A stretch of 63,227 bases of DNA, the filler included, from Diploschistes diacapsis (lineage: Eukaryota): the NCBI GenBank assembly GCA_023645945.1. It is 18 parts of 18 records of this genome, joined end to end, with 100 filler letters (N's around TTAATTAATTAA, not from the genome) between each part and the next. Parts side by side here need not be neighbours in the genome. Positions count along the whole stretch, not along the records: positions 49,528 to 50,809 come from JALAIB010003411.1; positions 50,910 to 52,190 come from JALAIB010003412.1; positions 52,291 to 53,571 come from JALAIB010003413.1; positions 53,672 to 54,952 come from JALAIB010003414.1; positions 55,053 to 56,332 come from JALAIB010003415.1; positions 56,433 to 57,712 come from JALAIB010003416.1; positions 57,813 to 59,091 come from JALAIB010003417.1; positions 59,192 to 60,470 come from JALAIB010003418.1; 10 more parts are not named here. One strand, 5' to 3'. Positions 49,712 through 61,687 of the stretch are shown in pieces. Both the position numbers and the translations under genes were made by a program. The notes under the pieces were generated by a model. It did no database searches, was not told the DNA's origin, and saw nothing but the letters and a program-made list of their open reading frames with translations. How positions within the stretch are numbered: position 1 is the stretch's first letter; each line of letters begins with the position of its first letter.

Positions 49712-49960
49712 AGTTATAAAAAAGGTTCGATAAGTCGAAAAAAACTTATTAAACACGATTATGAAATTAATAAATTATAATTTAATATTTATAAAACCTA
49801 TCTAAGCGTTTCGATTCGTTATAACTCGATTCCGAGTTATTAAAAATAATTCGATCTATTCCGAACCTACTATACGCGATCTATTTAATCGAATAATATA
49901 ATTCGTCTTTTACGCTAACGCGCTTTTTAACGACGAAAATACTGCGACATCGAATAATTA

Positions 49961-50565
49961 TGTAACGCCCAAAGGTGCGCCCTGGGGTTGAGGTCCCCCT
50001 GCTGCCACAGCCACGCACCTACATATAGTGTAATAGGGAAACAGTGCTTCGGGGTTCCTAAAAGCATTATATTAGATTTTTTAATTTAGTAGGATAGCGC
50101 TACCTATTAGGCACTATCCCCGTTATTATAATTATACTTTCATTTCTTAGGTGGTTGATTCGAGTATAAGGTTAATTATTTATATACTCGAATTTGTTAC
50201 GCTACGGTTAAACGTGCTACTTTACGGGATTAACGTTATATAGGATATGCGGTTAGCTTTAGATACGGCTAAATAACCCCACCTTTAAATTTATAACGTA
50301 GATATTAGAAACGATTTAAAATATCTAACATACTCGAGGCGCTATATGAGACGTGGCAGGTGCTAGGGGCCAGCACTGTGGGGAGGGGAGATAGCTGTAA
50401 CGCCCAAAGATGCGCCCTGGGGTTCAGGTCCCCCTGCTGCCACAGCCACGCACCTACATATAGTGTAATAGGGAAACAGTGCTTCGGTGTTCCTGAAAGC
50501 ATTATGTTCAGTCTTTTGACTCAGTGGGATAGCGCTACCTATTAGGCACTACCCCCGCTGTTACA
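49961..50565 (+). mobile_element. Complete TRIM (miniature non-autonomous LTR retrotransposon), family B
   Basis: LTRs at 49961-50130 and 50396-50565, a 265-bp non-coding interior, a polypurine tract GGGGAGGGGAGA just before the 3' LTR, and an AATTA TSD on both sides. Confidence 0.9.
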
Positions 50566-50623
50566 AATTAAAGAAGATAAAATTATATAATAATAATATC
50601 ATTAAATCGATCCGATTAAACTT

Positions 50624-50809
50624 GGCTGGCCGTTTCGTGCCACGGACACTAACACGGACACCGCAGCAAAAAATTTCAAAACACGGATACTAACACGGAA
50701 ACCGTAGCTAAAATTTTTAAAACACCGATATTAATACGGATATTATATTTCCGTAAATTCACGGACACGGATACCGCAATTAAAAAATTTAAAATACGAA
50801 TATTAATAC
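50624..50809. mobile_element. Family A element, opposite end type
   Basis: GGCTGGCCGTTTCGTGCCACGG followed by ACACGG repeats. Confidence 0.7.
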
Positions 50810-51399
50810 NNNNNNNNNNNNNNNNNNNNNNNNNNNNNNNNNNNNNNNNNNNNTTAATTAATTAANNNNNNNNNNNNNNNNNNNNNNNNNNNNNNNNNNN
50901 NNNNNNNNNTTATAATTTATAAATACCCGTGATTTATATGATCCGCCTTATACGTATCGGGGAACCGATATCAGCCCGTATATCAGCTAATTAAAATCGT
51001 GCCGATAACTTTCTCGTTTAATAGCGAGTACGTACCCGTTACTTTTTCGCGGAGTTAACGGAACTATATCGGAAGTTTTACGAAGATCTTTAGATAAATA
51101 TAAATAACGGTTTTAGAGATTTAGAATTAAGAAAGAGGAAGATAATTATAATAAATAGTTATGACAGTCTTCCGGGTGAGCGGAAGAATTTAGTTTTAGT
51201 ACCGCGCTAAGGCCGCTCTAAGGCCGCAGGTCATAAGAGGAGTTTTTATAGAAGGATCTCTTCTTTTCTTCTCTAGAGATTAGTTCATGAATACTATGAC
51301 CATTACTATCACACTACTGCATTTCATCCTTTACAGAAGGATTTAATGTTAGCGAAGAATTAATACCGGGATAAACCTAGTCAGGCCCTCGCGATAACC

Positions 51400-52190
51400 T
51401 TAAACGAAAAAGATTCTCGTTTAAAGACCCAATAAAAGAACGTGTTAACTAAGAAATAATAATCGAGAACGTGATAGACCTATAATCATAAAAATAAACA
51501 GAAGAAATTCATTAACGAATAAAAAATAAATTAACGAAATTAATAAAATCAATACGTATTTACGTAATAACCGTCGAAAAAACGAATCAATAAAACGATC
51601 GAAAGATTTAACGATTTTAATAATAATTCGAGAAAGATCTAGCTAAAAGAAACGAGCTAAAATAATTATTAAGTAACAAATAGATTACCCGGGCTCGCCT
51701 AACCGACGAAACCATTAACCTACGAACAACGGTCGAAGAACTTCGGAACCGACGAGAACCCACCGAGATTAACAACGAAGGACGTTTCTTATCGCATAAA
51801 TTACCAGACCCACCGAAGTTCTCGACGGATACCAAAAAAAGTTTTAATTACAAATAATGACGTCGCTTAATTAAAAATAAGCTAAAAATGAACGGAAACA
51901 GGTTCAACGGAGCCGACGATAAAATAACGTATATAATCTCCCGTTTCAAGAATATAATCCTTAATTACGCAGAAGCTTTCACGGATAAAAATTCAATTAA
52001 TTAAATCATTTCTTCCGAAACATTGTTCGAACGACTAAATAACCGATAAATAAATAAGAATATTTAATTAATCGTTAAAAACGATTATCGGAAGTTATAA
52101 TAAAGCAATAATAAATTTAACGAATTTCTAATTTAATTTACGGTACTTATAATCGAAATAAGGATCCCCGAGGAGGATTAAATATTAAAT
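51400..52190 (+). mobile_element. RIP-mutated gypsy-like gag fragment
   Basis: Reads SHKLPDPPKFS...IKNKLKMNGNRF...KITYIISRF with stops, a typical fungal gag pattern. Confidence 0.6.
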
Positions 52191-52689
52191 NNNNNNNNNN
52201 NNNNNNNNNNNNNNNNNNNNNNNNNNNNNNNNNNTTAATTAATTAANNNNNNNNNNNNNNNNNNNNNNNNNNNNNNNNNNNNNNNNNNNNATATAAATCG
52301 TTTTAATATATTTTATATCCGTTTTAGGCGAGTCTATAACATTTTTACGTAAGAACGATCACGGCGTATATATTTCGAATATTTTAAAATTTTAAAATCA
52401 GATAATATAACGAAATAGGACTTATCGTTAAAAGAATAATATTTATAAAAAGAAATAATAAGGATTTTATAACGAACGATAAAACGGGAAAGTTAGATTC
52501 GTTCGATAGACCGATTACGAGAAATTAAAAAAAACATCGTTATTTCACGATTTAGGATTCTTTTTTATTTAATATTTATATTAGATCCTTCGGCGAATCA
52601 TCGGGCCGATAATATTGAAAAAAAAGGATAATATTACGATTTAAATATTAGATTTAACACGTTTTAATTTTATATATAAATTAATTACG

Positions 52690-53571
52690 GGATTAAAGAT
52701 TACGTAATACGTTTATTACTCGCGTTTATTTTCGTAAACGGCGAGCGAGCTTTCGCTACCGCTTAATACTCGCGTTTATTTTTATAAACGACGAGCCTCG
52801 AAAACATCGTTCGTTAGATTTATAATAAGCGGCGAGCGAATTAATTATATATAAACACGATTTTATCTTCGTGAAAAAAAATATGTTTATTTTTATAAAT
52901 ATCTTAAGTTATTATTCGAGATTAATTTATATTCGTTATCTTTATTATCTTAAAGCTTTTTTATTAAAGACAGTTTTAGATCTATGACTGTCTTATCTTT
53001 TTCTTCTATCACATTCCTCTTCTAATAGAGACCAAACCCACCTTGATCCTACTCGTGTATACCTTGTATAGATAGAGATCATAACACACTGACACGGACA
53101 CGACAGTTAAAAATTTAAAACACTGACACTAATACGGACACTGCACTTCCGTGAATCCACGGACACGGACACTGCAATTAAAAAATTTAAAACACGGACA
53201 CTAATACGGACATTACATTTCCGTGAATCCACTAACACGGACATTATATTGTAATAAAAACACGGAAATATTTTTTTTTTTAATATTTCTAAAATTATCA
53301 CGTTTATTTCTTACGTTTTTATTTTTAAAAAAGTTTTTTTAAAACACGGACACGGATATAGACATTACATTGCAATAAATGCACGGACACGGACACCGTA
53401 ATTAAAAAATTTAAAACACGGATATTAATACGGATACTATATTTCCGTAAATCTATTAACACGGACATTATACTGTAATAAAAACACGGAAATATTTTTT
53501 TTTTTAATATTTTTAAAATTATCACGTTTATTTCTCACGTTTTTATTTTTAAAAAAGTTTTTTTAAAATAC
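52690..53571 (+). mobile_element. Family C LTR (ending 53086) abutting a family A repeat array
   Basis: The LTR end GATCATAACA is directly followed by CACTGACACGG arrays. Confidence 0.75.
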
Positions 53572-53671
53572 NNNNNNNNNNNNNNNNNNNNNNNNNNNNN
53601 NNNNNNNNNNNNNNNTTAATTAATTAANNNNNNNNNNNNNNNNNNNNNNNNNNNNNNNNNNNNNNNNNNNN

Positions 53672-53803
53672 CTGCTGCCACAGCCACGCACCTACATATA
53701 GTGTAATAGGGAAACAGTGCTTCGGGGTTCCTGAAAGCATTGTGTTAGTCTTTTGGCTCAGTGGGATAGCGCTACCCTATTAGGCACTACCCCCGCTGTT
53801 ACA
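53672..53803 (+). mobile_element. Partial family B LTR
   Basis: Near-identical to the 3' part of 50396-50565; ends GTTACA and is cut by the contig start. Confidence 0.85.
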
Positions 53804-55849
53804 TTTTTTTCGTATTATTTTCGCCTTTCGTTTAAATATCGTTATTTATTCTTTTATTTTCTCGATTATATCTTTTATTTCTTTTTAATTTATTACGAAT
53901 CTTACGTCCCCGTTAAAGAACCGCCGGGTTATAATATTCTTTATTTCGGCCTTTTTCGCGTCCGTTATTAATTCGGGTCTATTTCGTTATCTTCTCGCTT
54001 ATATCTTATTTCTTAATTGAATTATAATCTTTCTAATCGTTCTTTTTAATATTTCTATTATTCTATTCTTTCTTTCGGGGGAGGTATTCGTTATTTAAAT
54101 TTAACTTTTATTTCCAATGTTACTGCGATTGTTTCTTTATTTTTTTATAATTTCCTATATCGCTTTTATATTTTCTTTAATTATATTTAATTTTTCTTTT
54201 AATTTCGACGCGTTTTTTTTACGATTAAGTTCCGGCGCGTCGGCGTCGTTCCCGCGTATCGTTTCCATTATTATAATTTAGAATTATATTAATCTTTCGT
54301 TTTATTTTACTTTCACGTATATTTCGATTGTTTATATTACGTTTTTTAATCTATTTTTTGCGTTCGAGTTCCCCGCCGACCCGCCTGCGCGATCTTATTA
54401 AAAATGAAACGCGTCGCGACGCGATTCTCCTCCTTCTCGTTGCATCGCTGCCATCTCTCCGCTGTTGCCCTGAGGGGCGCTTGTCAAGTATTTCGTCGGT
54501 AGGATATCAGTCGAAGTATTCATTCAATGAAGATTTTAATTTCCGTATTTTTCGATTTTAAGGAAATATTGGATTCATATTATACATTTTCGATAAACAA
54601 TATAACTCGAAAAGACATCACCCGGCGACATAGTCGTTAGCTTAAACAATATTAGATTAAACTTTAATAACAAATTTTTTTAGACGTTGATATAGATTTC
54701 GGACGATTCTAAATTCAATTCCTCCGCCAAATAACGCGTTTATTCGTTAACACGATACTGCCACGGACACTACCGTTAAAATTTTAAAACACGGATACTT
54801 CTACGGATACTACACTATAATAAAAGCACGGACACGGACACTACGGCTAAAAATTTTAAAATACGGATACTTTCACGGATATTACCGCCATAATTTTTTA
54901 AATACGATATTATTACGGACATTGTATTATAGTAAATCCATCGAAATATTACNNNNNNNNNNNNNNNNNNNNNNNNNNNNNNNNNNNNNNNNNNNNTTAA
55001 TTAATTAANNNNNNNNNNNNNNNNNNNNNNNNNNNNNNNNNNNNNNNNNNNNGTTATTTATTAGTTCCTTAATAAGCTTACTTTCCTACCTATTTACTAA
55101 ATGTTTTCTTACTTACGTGCTTACTTTTCTATATATTAATTTACTTACTTTGTGCTTTATTACTTACTTGATTTTATAATAAACCTCCTTACCTACTTTT
55201 CTACTTGTTTATCTACAGTTAACTCCTTGCTAGTAATGACGAGACGAAAAAAAAATAAAAGAAAAGAAAGGGAAGGACGTGCTGTTAATTATACCTGTCG
55301 GGCGGAGCATTTACGGATAATATAAATACGATCGGAAATAAAAATATCTTTAAATAAATACCGCCCTTTTATTTAACTGTATTTAAAAGAATAAAATACA
55401 GAAAAATAGGTCTAGAAACACGATTACGTCGAAAAAGAAACATTAAGAATAATAAATTTCTAAATATTTCAATTGCCGGAGAAATATAGGACTATATTAA
55501 GATACAAAAATAACGGGAGAAAGATTTCTTATTAATAAGATTTATATAGAATTCGTTATGGGACAGCGAACTATTAAAAGGAAGATCGTATATAAACATA
55601 AAAATAGACCGCAGACTTGATAAAAGTGGTTCCTACAGAGCAGCTCCCCATTTAAGAAGGCCTGCTAAGTAGTTCTAGACAATCAATGCATCCTACACCT
55701 CACAAATGTCCTACCTAGGTATGCTGTTGACTACGAGATCACACTACATTCCCCTACTACACCACCTACGACTACCTTCCTACTATAGCAAGGGAAGTCT
55801 CCCTAGACAGCGCGCCTTGTGTTTATAATAGTACCCTAAAGGCCGATAT

Positions 55850-56332
55850 TTTAGTCAAGAAGTTCCTACGAGTAGAAGTTTTAAAGAAAAATATTGTACC
55901 TAAATTCAATCTTAAATCTAAATTTCACCCTAAACCTGAACCCGTAAAGATAGACGAAAAAAACATTTTAATAATAATGACCATGCATTAAAACAAAGAG
56001 TTGTTTAACACGACCCCTGTTACTAATAAACGAGAACGGGACAATAAAGAATACTCGTCGATTAAAGCTTTAAAGAGCTTTATCGCATTAATCGCTATCG
56101 AGTAAGAAATGATTAACGACATTAAATCAAAATTATCTCGAATTAATATTTTAAAGAATTATAAAAAAGCCGTTAATGATTTAATTTTTAAAGAAGAATA
56201 GAAGGAAGTAATAAAAAAAGAGATCGATTTTTTATTCCTGAATTAGACCTGAATTAAACTACTTGAATTAAAGAATATTAACATAATAAGTTCTAGATAG
56301 ATATTCGACGTAAAATATAATCTCAATAACGA
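55850..56332 (+). mobile_element. RIP-mutated Ty1/copia reverse transcriptase N-terminal fragment
   Basis: EE*KEVIKKEIDFL...N*T*...IISSR*IFDVKY matches the copia WxxAxxxExxSLxxNxTW...WVFxxK pattern, with Trp codons converted to stops. Confidence 0.65.
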
Positions 56333-56859
56333 NNNNNNNNNNNNNNNNNNNNNNNNNNNNNNNNNNNNNNNNNNNNTTAATTAATTAANNNNNNNNNNNN
56401 NNNNNNNNNNNNNNNNNNNNNNNNNNNNNNNNATTTTATAAATTATTTTTTAGCTGTCGATTCGTTTTCTGAATCGTATTTTTTAATCGTTGGAATCTCG
56501 GTTAATTTTTTAAAAATCGAAAGTATTATGAATTTTCTTTTTTTTTTTTGATTATTTTTATTAGCGGGGGTTATTATTTATAATAATTAGGGCGGGTAAT
56601 ACTTTCGAGTTCGGTTATCGTAGACTTACTCGAATATTTAATTCGGTTGACGTTTTAAATTCTCGTCACGAATATATAAGTAAAGCGAGCTTTTCGAATA
56701 TAAAACGCTAACGCAGGAATGGGATACTATATTATCGGAAACTGGGCCTAATCCGAAATGATTACGTGTAATTAAGTATCTATAGGTAAAAGGTCTCGAT
56801 TCGAAAAGCTGAAGAAGAAACTATTTAAATAGGAGAAAAGCACCGTTAAGTAGTGTAGA

Positions 56860-56986
56860 TGTTAGACCTATCGGGGTTCAGGGACTACCCGTTTACACAG
56901 CCATCCCCTGACCCTGCCATGTCTTGGCAAGCACCTGGGCATTAACCCTGCCGTGGCTTGGCAGGCCCCTGGGCTGGGCTGTCTCA
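56860..56986 (+). mobile_element. Possible short solo LTR distantly related to family B
   Basis: GC-rich TG...CA island within AT-rich DNA, sharing GGGGTTCAGG and CACAGCCA with family B. TSD is ambiguous. Confidence 0.35.
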
Positions 56987-57160
56987 TAAATTATAATTTA
57001 TACGGGTGAAATCGATCAAGAACGAATTGGTAATTTATTTATTATAAAAATCAAATAAGATTTTCTATAGATAAAATATTAGGTGATTACTGAACCTGAA
57101 CGTCGTTAACTAAATCTCGAATTCGCCAATTATAAACTTAGAAATAACACGATTATTTAG

Positions 57161-57712
57161 TGTTACGATCCAAGTACCAGACTTAGCACGTCCCAGCTTT
57201 ATATATGGGTCAGTCACGGGACCAGGGATCACGTGATGCGCTTATTACTCACGCTCATTCTCGTAAGCGGCGAATATGTTTTCGTTATCGCTCGATAATC
57301 GCGCTTATTCTCATAAACGACGAATCTCGAGAATACCGCTCGCTAAACTTATAATAAACGACGAGCGAATTAATTATATATAAACACGAGTTTATTTTCG
57401 TAAAAAAAGACGTGTTTATTTTTATAAACCTTCTTAACGATTATTCGTAATTAATTTATATTCGTTATTTTTATTATTAAAAGAACCTTTTTTCTAAAAA
57501 TAATCTAAAATTTATAATTATTTTATCTTTTTTTCTTATTATATTTCTCTTTTAATAGAAATTAAACCCACCTTAATCCTACTCGTGTATATCTTATATA
57601 GATAAAGATTATAACACTTAAACATCCTTAAGAATAAATATTATTAATAATATAACCGGGCGATCGCTATCGATAATTAAATCCGCACCACCTCGAGTAT
57701 TTAAGATAACAA
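57161..57712 (+). mobile_element. 5' LTR (57161-57616) plus gag start, family C
   Basis: Colinear with 26696-27250. Confidence 0.8.
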
Positions 57713-59959
57713 NNNNNNNNNNNNNNNNNNNNNNNNNNNNNNNNNNNNNNNNNNNNTTAATTAATTAANNNNNNNNNNNNNNNNNNNNNNNNNNNNNNNN
57801 NNNNNNNNNNNNATAATTAATTAAATACTAATGGTATTCTAAAAAGAGTATTTTCATATTTTTTATCCATTTATTCTACTATAGGAAACATCAAAGAACT
57901 TTAGATTATCTATAGGTTTCGAGGAAGTTATCGAAGAATATCTACCTTTTACGACGTATTCAAATTTCAAAAATGAATAAACAATTAAACACTAATGATA
58001 TTTTAAAAATAATATTTTTTTATTTTTTATTAATTTATTTTATTATATAAAACATTAAAGGACTTTAAAATATTTATAATTTTCGCGAAATTATCGAGCC
58101 ATCGTTTCCGTATTCTTAATATCCGCGTTTATATCCTTTTTAAATATCTCATGTTATTATAACATATCCTTATCATCATATTATACACTTATTTATTATA
58201 ATAATTATCTTTTTTCTCGAAATATCGATCGTATTATTAAATCTTTATTATATTAATTATAATTTTAATTCTTTTAATAACATTTATTCTCGAATTTAAA
58301 AGTCTTTATACCCGTTTATTTTATTTAAACAACGTTATTTTTTTATTATTCCTTCTTCCATCCGCGTTATTCGTCGGGTTTAATTTCCGCGCGCGTATCA
58401 AGGGCTTCGTTAATCTCGAGACGACGAATTATAAAAAAATCTATCTTATAAGTCCGAATAATCGTAACGGGAACGAAAAAGACGATAAAAGTTAAAAAAA
58501 AGATATAAATAACGAGCTCGAATTCCGAGATTACGTCTTTTATCGTGTCTTTAACGGTAAAAAAAAAGAACGCCGAATCGAAATCGGACTCAAAAACATC
58601 GTTATCGATAACGATAGGACGGGAACGCGTACCGCGCAACTAAAAAGAAATAAATCTTTAACTTAAATATACCGGAATTTTAATCTTAGGCCCGATAAGT
58701 CTAATTTTGATCATATCGTTAATACCCCGAACATCGTCCGAATCAAATAATAAAAGAAATATTCGGCCGTAATCTTTTTTCGAATATTTACGTTAAATAA
58801 CGAAATTCCTTTTACGGACATTAGCATACTTCGAAGATTTATTATATATATTTAATTAAAAAGACGCCGTAATAATATATCGACGTTTCGTTAAGCTTTC
58901 TTCGATATAATCGAGCTTACGTCTAATATTCTTTTGATTATTAGAACTATAAATACTATTTTTATAATATAAGAACTAATCGAAGTTAATCTATTTAAAA
59001 AGAATAATCGCTTTCGAAAGAATATTATGTTTTAATTCAATTTTATTATCGCCGATAACGTATTTAAAAATAACGGAATTTAATATTTGATNNNNNNNNN
59101 NNNNNNNNNNNNNNNNNNNNNNNNNNNNNNNNNNNTTAATTAATTAANNNNNNNNNNNNNNNNNNNNNNNNNNNNNNNNNNNNNNNNNNNNGGGCAACCC
59201 GTTTCTTAAATAAAATATCGCTTATCTTATTATTATTTTCGTATAATAAAAAAGATTTATTAAATAAATAACTCGTAATTAATAAGTTATTAATAAATAA
59301 TACAAAAAATAATCCTCTATAATAAAAATAAAAATGATCGAAAAAAGTTCAGCAAAATTTAATTAAACTTCGATTATTAACGAAAGAAAAGAAGAAAGGT
59401 TTTTTCTTAATTTATATAAATAAAGGTCTGGATCTAAATATTTCTTATTTAGACCTACCCTTAACCAGCGTAATAAGATCCCGCGATCTTTTATAATAAT
59501 ATACCTTTTATTTCTAAATCGGCCCACCCTAAAATCTTATAATTCAGATTTTAAACTTTCGGATCTCTTCGATTTAATTTACGTTAAATAACGTAATCGG
59601 TACCCGCGCTCGTGTCCGTATTAGCTACCGGGAAACGTAGTTTCAATAAACGATTAAACGTAATAAAATAGGTACAAACCCGGGCTCATAACTTGTTTAA
59701 CAACGTAATAAATATATTAAAGTTTAGAAATCTATTTTAAAAGATTATTTTACTTTATAAACTTTTATCCTCGTAAGATACGTTAAATCTTATTATTTAC
59801 ACTATTCCTTAATCGGTCTAGTTGGAATTCTAAGAGATTCAGTTGAACTAAACCTCGGAGTTCAGCCGAACTGAACCTCCCTCTGGAGCTCAGTCGAACT
59901 CCCAGCCATGCCTTCTGCCTGTCTGCTCAACACTTCCTTATAAAAACCACCTAGAATGT

Positions 59960-60470
59960 CTAATATTAAATTTAGGAACTTGAGACGTCAGACTACCTTA
60001 TATCTGGTCCAGCATAAGGAACTTTTTAGACGCGATCGCCACCTACAGACAGCACGAAGAGTGATTAACGATCCCGACGAAAAAACATATATCTTAAAAA
60101 AAATGCACCTTTAATTTAACTATCCGAATTATAATACTATTTAAAAGATGGTAGCCTAGTGATACTGGTAAAACAAAATATATATAGATGTCAAACAGGT
60201 CTATAAAGAGTGTCGGGAATGTTAGTTAAAAAAATTAAATCGCGAAATAGACTTGATTCATTTTAATTTTATTGATTGCCTGTAAATAGTAATCTATTTC
60301 GACGTTATTAAGATGTTAAGTTATCGGGGCAATCATTTTATAATCTAAGTTAGAAATTATTTATCCGGATGGGTTAAAGCACGAGCCATTATCAAAAATA
60401 ATTCAAAAACGATTACTAAGTTTATTCATAAAGAGCTAATTTGTCGACATAGGATGTTCGGAAAGATAAT
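59960..60470 (+). mobile_element. RIP-mutated gypsy-like integrase fragment
   Basis: DVKQVYKECREC zinc-binding end, followed by YLSGWVKARAI and KFIHKELICRH core motifs. Confidence 0.6.
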
Positions 60471-60843
60471 NNNNNNNNNNNNNNNNNNNNNNNNNNNNNN
60501 NNNNNNNNNNNNNNTTAATTAATTAANNNNNNNNNNNNNNNNNNNNNNNNNNNNNNNNNNNNNNNNNNNNAAATACTTTTTTTATTAATATTTTTAAAAT
60601 TATCACGCTTATTTCTCACTCTTTTATTTTTAAAAAAGTTTTTTTAAAATACGGATACGGACACGGACACTATATTATAATAAATACACGGACACGGATA
60701 TCGCAATTAAATTTTTTAAAACACTGATTATTAATACGGACATTACATTTCCGTAAATCCACGGACACGGACATTGTAATTAAAAAATTTAAAATATTGA
60801 TATTAATTTTTAGTTTTAATTTCCGCGAATTATTCTTCGTAAG

Positions 60844-61429
60844 TAGGCTGGCCGTCACTGATACTGACACTGCCGGTGTCAGTGTTAGTGTTTTAGATTT
60901 TTTTGTTGCGGTATTAGTGTCCGTGGATTCACGGAAATGCAGTGTCCGTATTAATATCCGTGTTTTAAAATTTTTAATTGCGGTGTCTATGTCCGTGCTT
61001 TCACTATAATGCAGTGTTAGTGTTAATGTCCGTATTTTAAAATTTTTTATCACGATATCCGTGTTAGTGGATTTACGGAAAAGTAGCGTTCGTGTCCGTG
61101 CATTCACCGAAACAATTTTTTTTAATAATTTTGGAATTATCACGCCTATTTCTCACGCTTTTATTTTTTTAAAAAAATTTCACTGCGGTGTTTCGGTGGA
61201 TTCACCGTAATATTTCGATAAATTTACGGAAATATAATGTCCGTATTAATATTAATGTTTTAAATTTTTTAATTATAATATCCGTGTTCGTGTTTTTATT
61301 ATAATGTAGTGTCCGTGTCAGTATCCGTGTTTTAAAATTTTAGCTGTCGTGTCCGTGTCAGTATCCGTGTTTTGAAAATTTTTGCTGCAGTGTCCGTGTC
61401 AGTGACCGTGGCACGAAACGGCCAGCCTA
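60844..61429. mobile_element. Complete non-autonomous TIR element (MITE-like, family A), 586 bp including terminal TA
   Basis: Perfect inverted termini TAGGCTGGCCGT...ACGGCCAGCCTA. The interior consists of CCGTGT/ACACGG tandem units with no coding capacity. Confidence 0.85.
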
Positions 61430-61687
61430 TCTAAAATCCCGTTATCGTATAGATTATATAAAGAATATATAAAATATAAAATACATAAATAACGACGCTA
61501 TGGATCTCGATATTTTAACTAATAAACCCCGTCCTAATCAGAAGAAAGGAGTTAAAATATCTAACGGAAGACCTTCAATCAAAAAAAAGAAATGCTTCGA
61601 ATATGATAAGTTACTTCGCCCGAGATTAACGATCTAAGAATAAAATCGTTAAAAAGGATATTTTAGCCGCGACAGATCAATATCATT

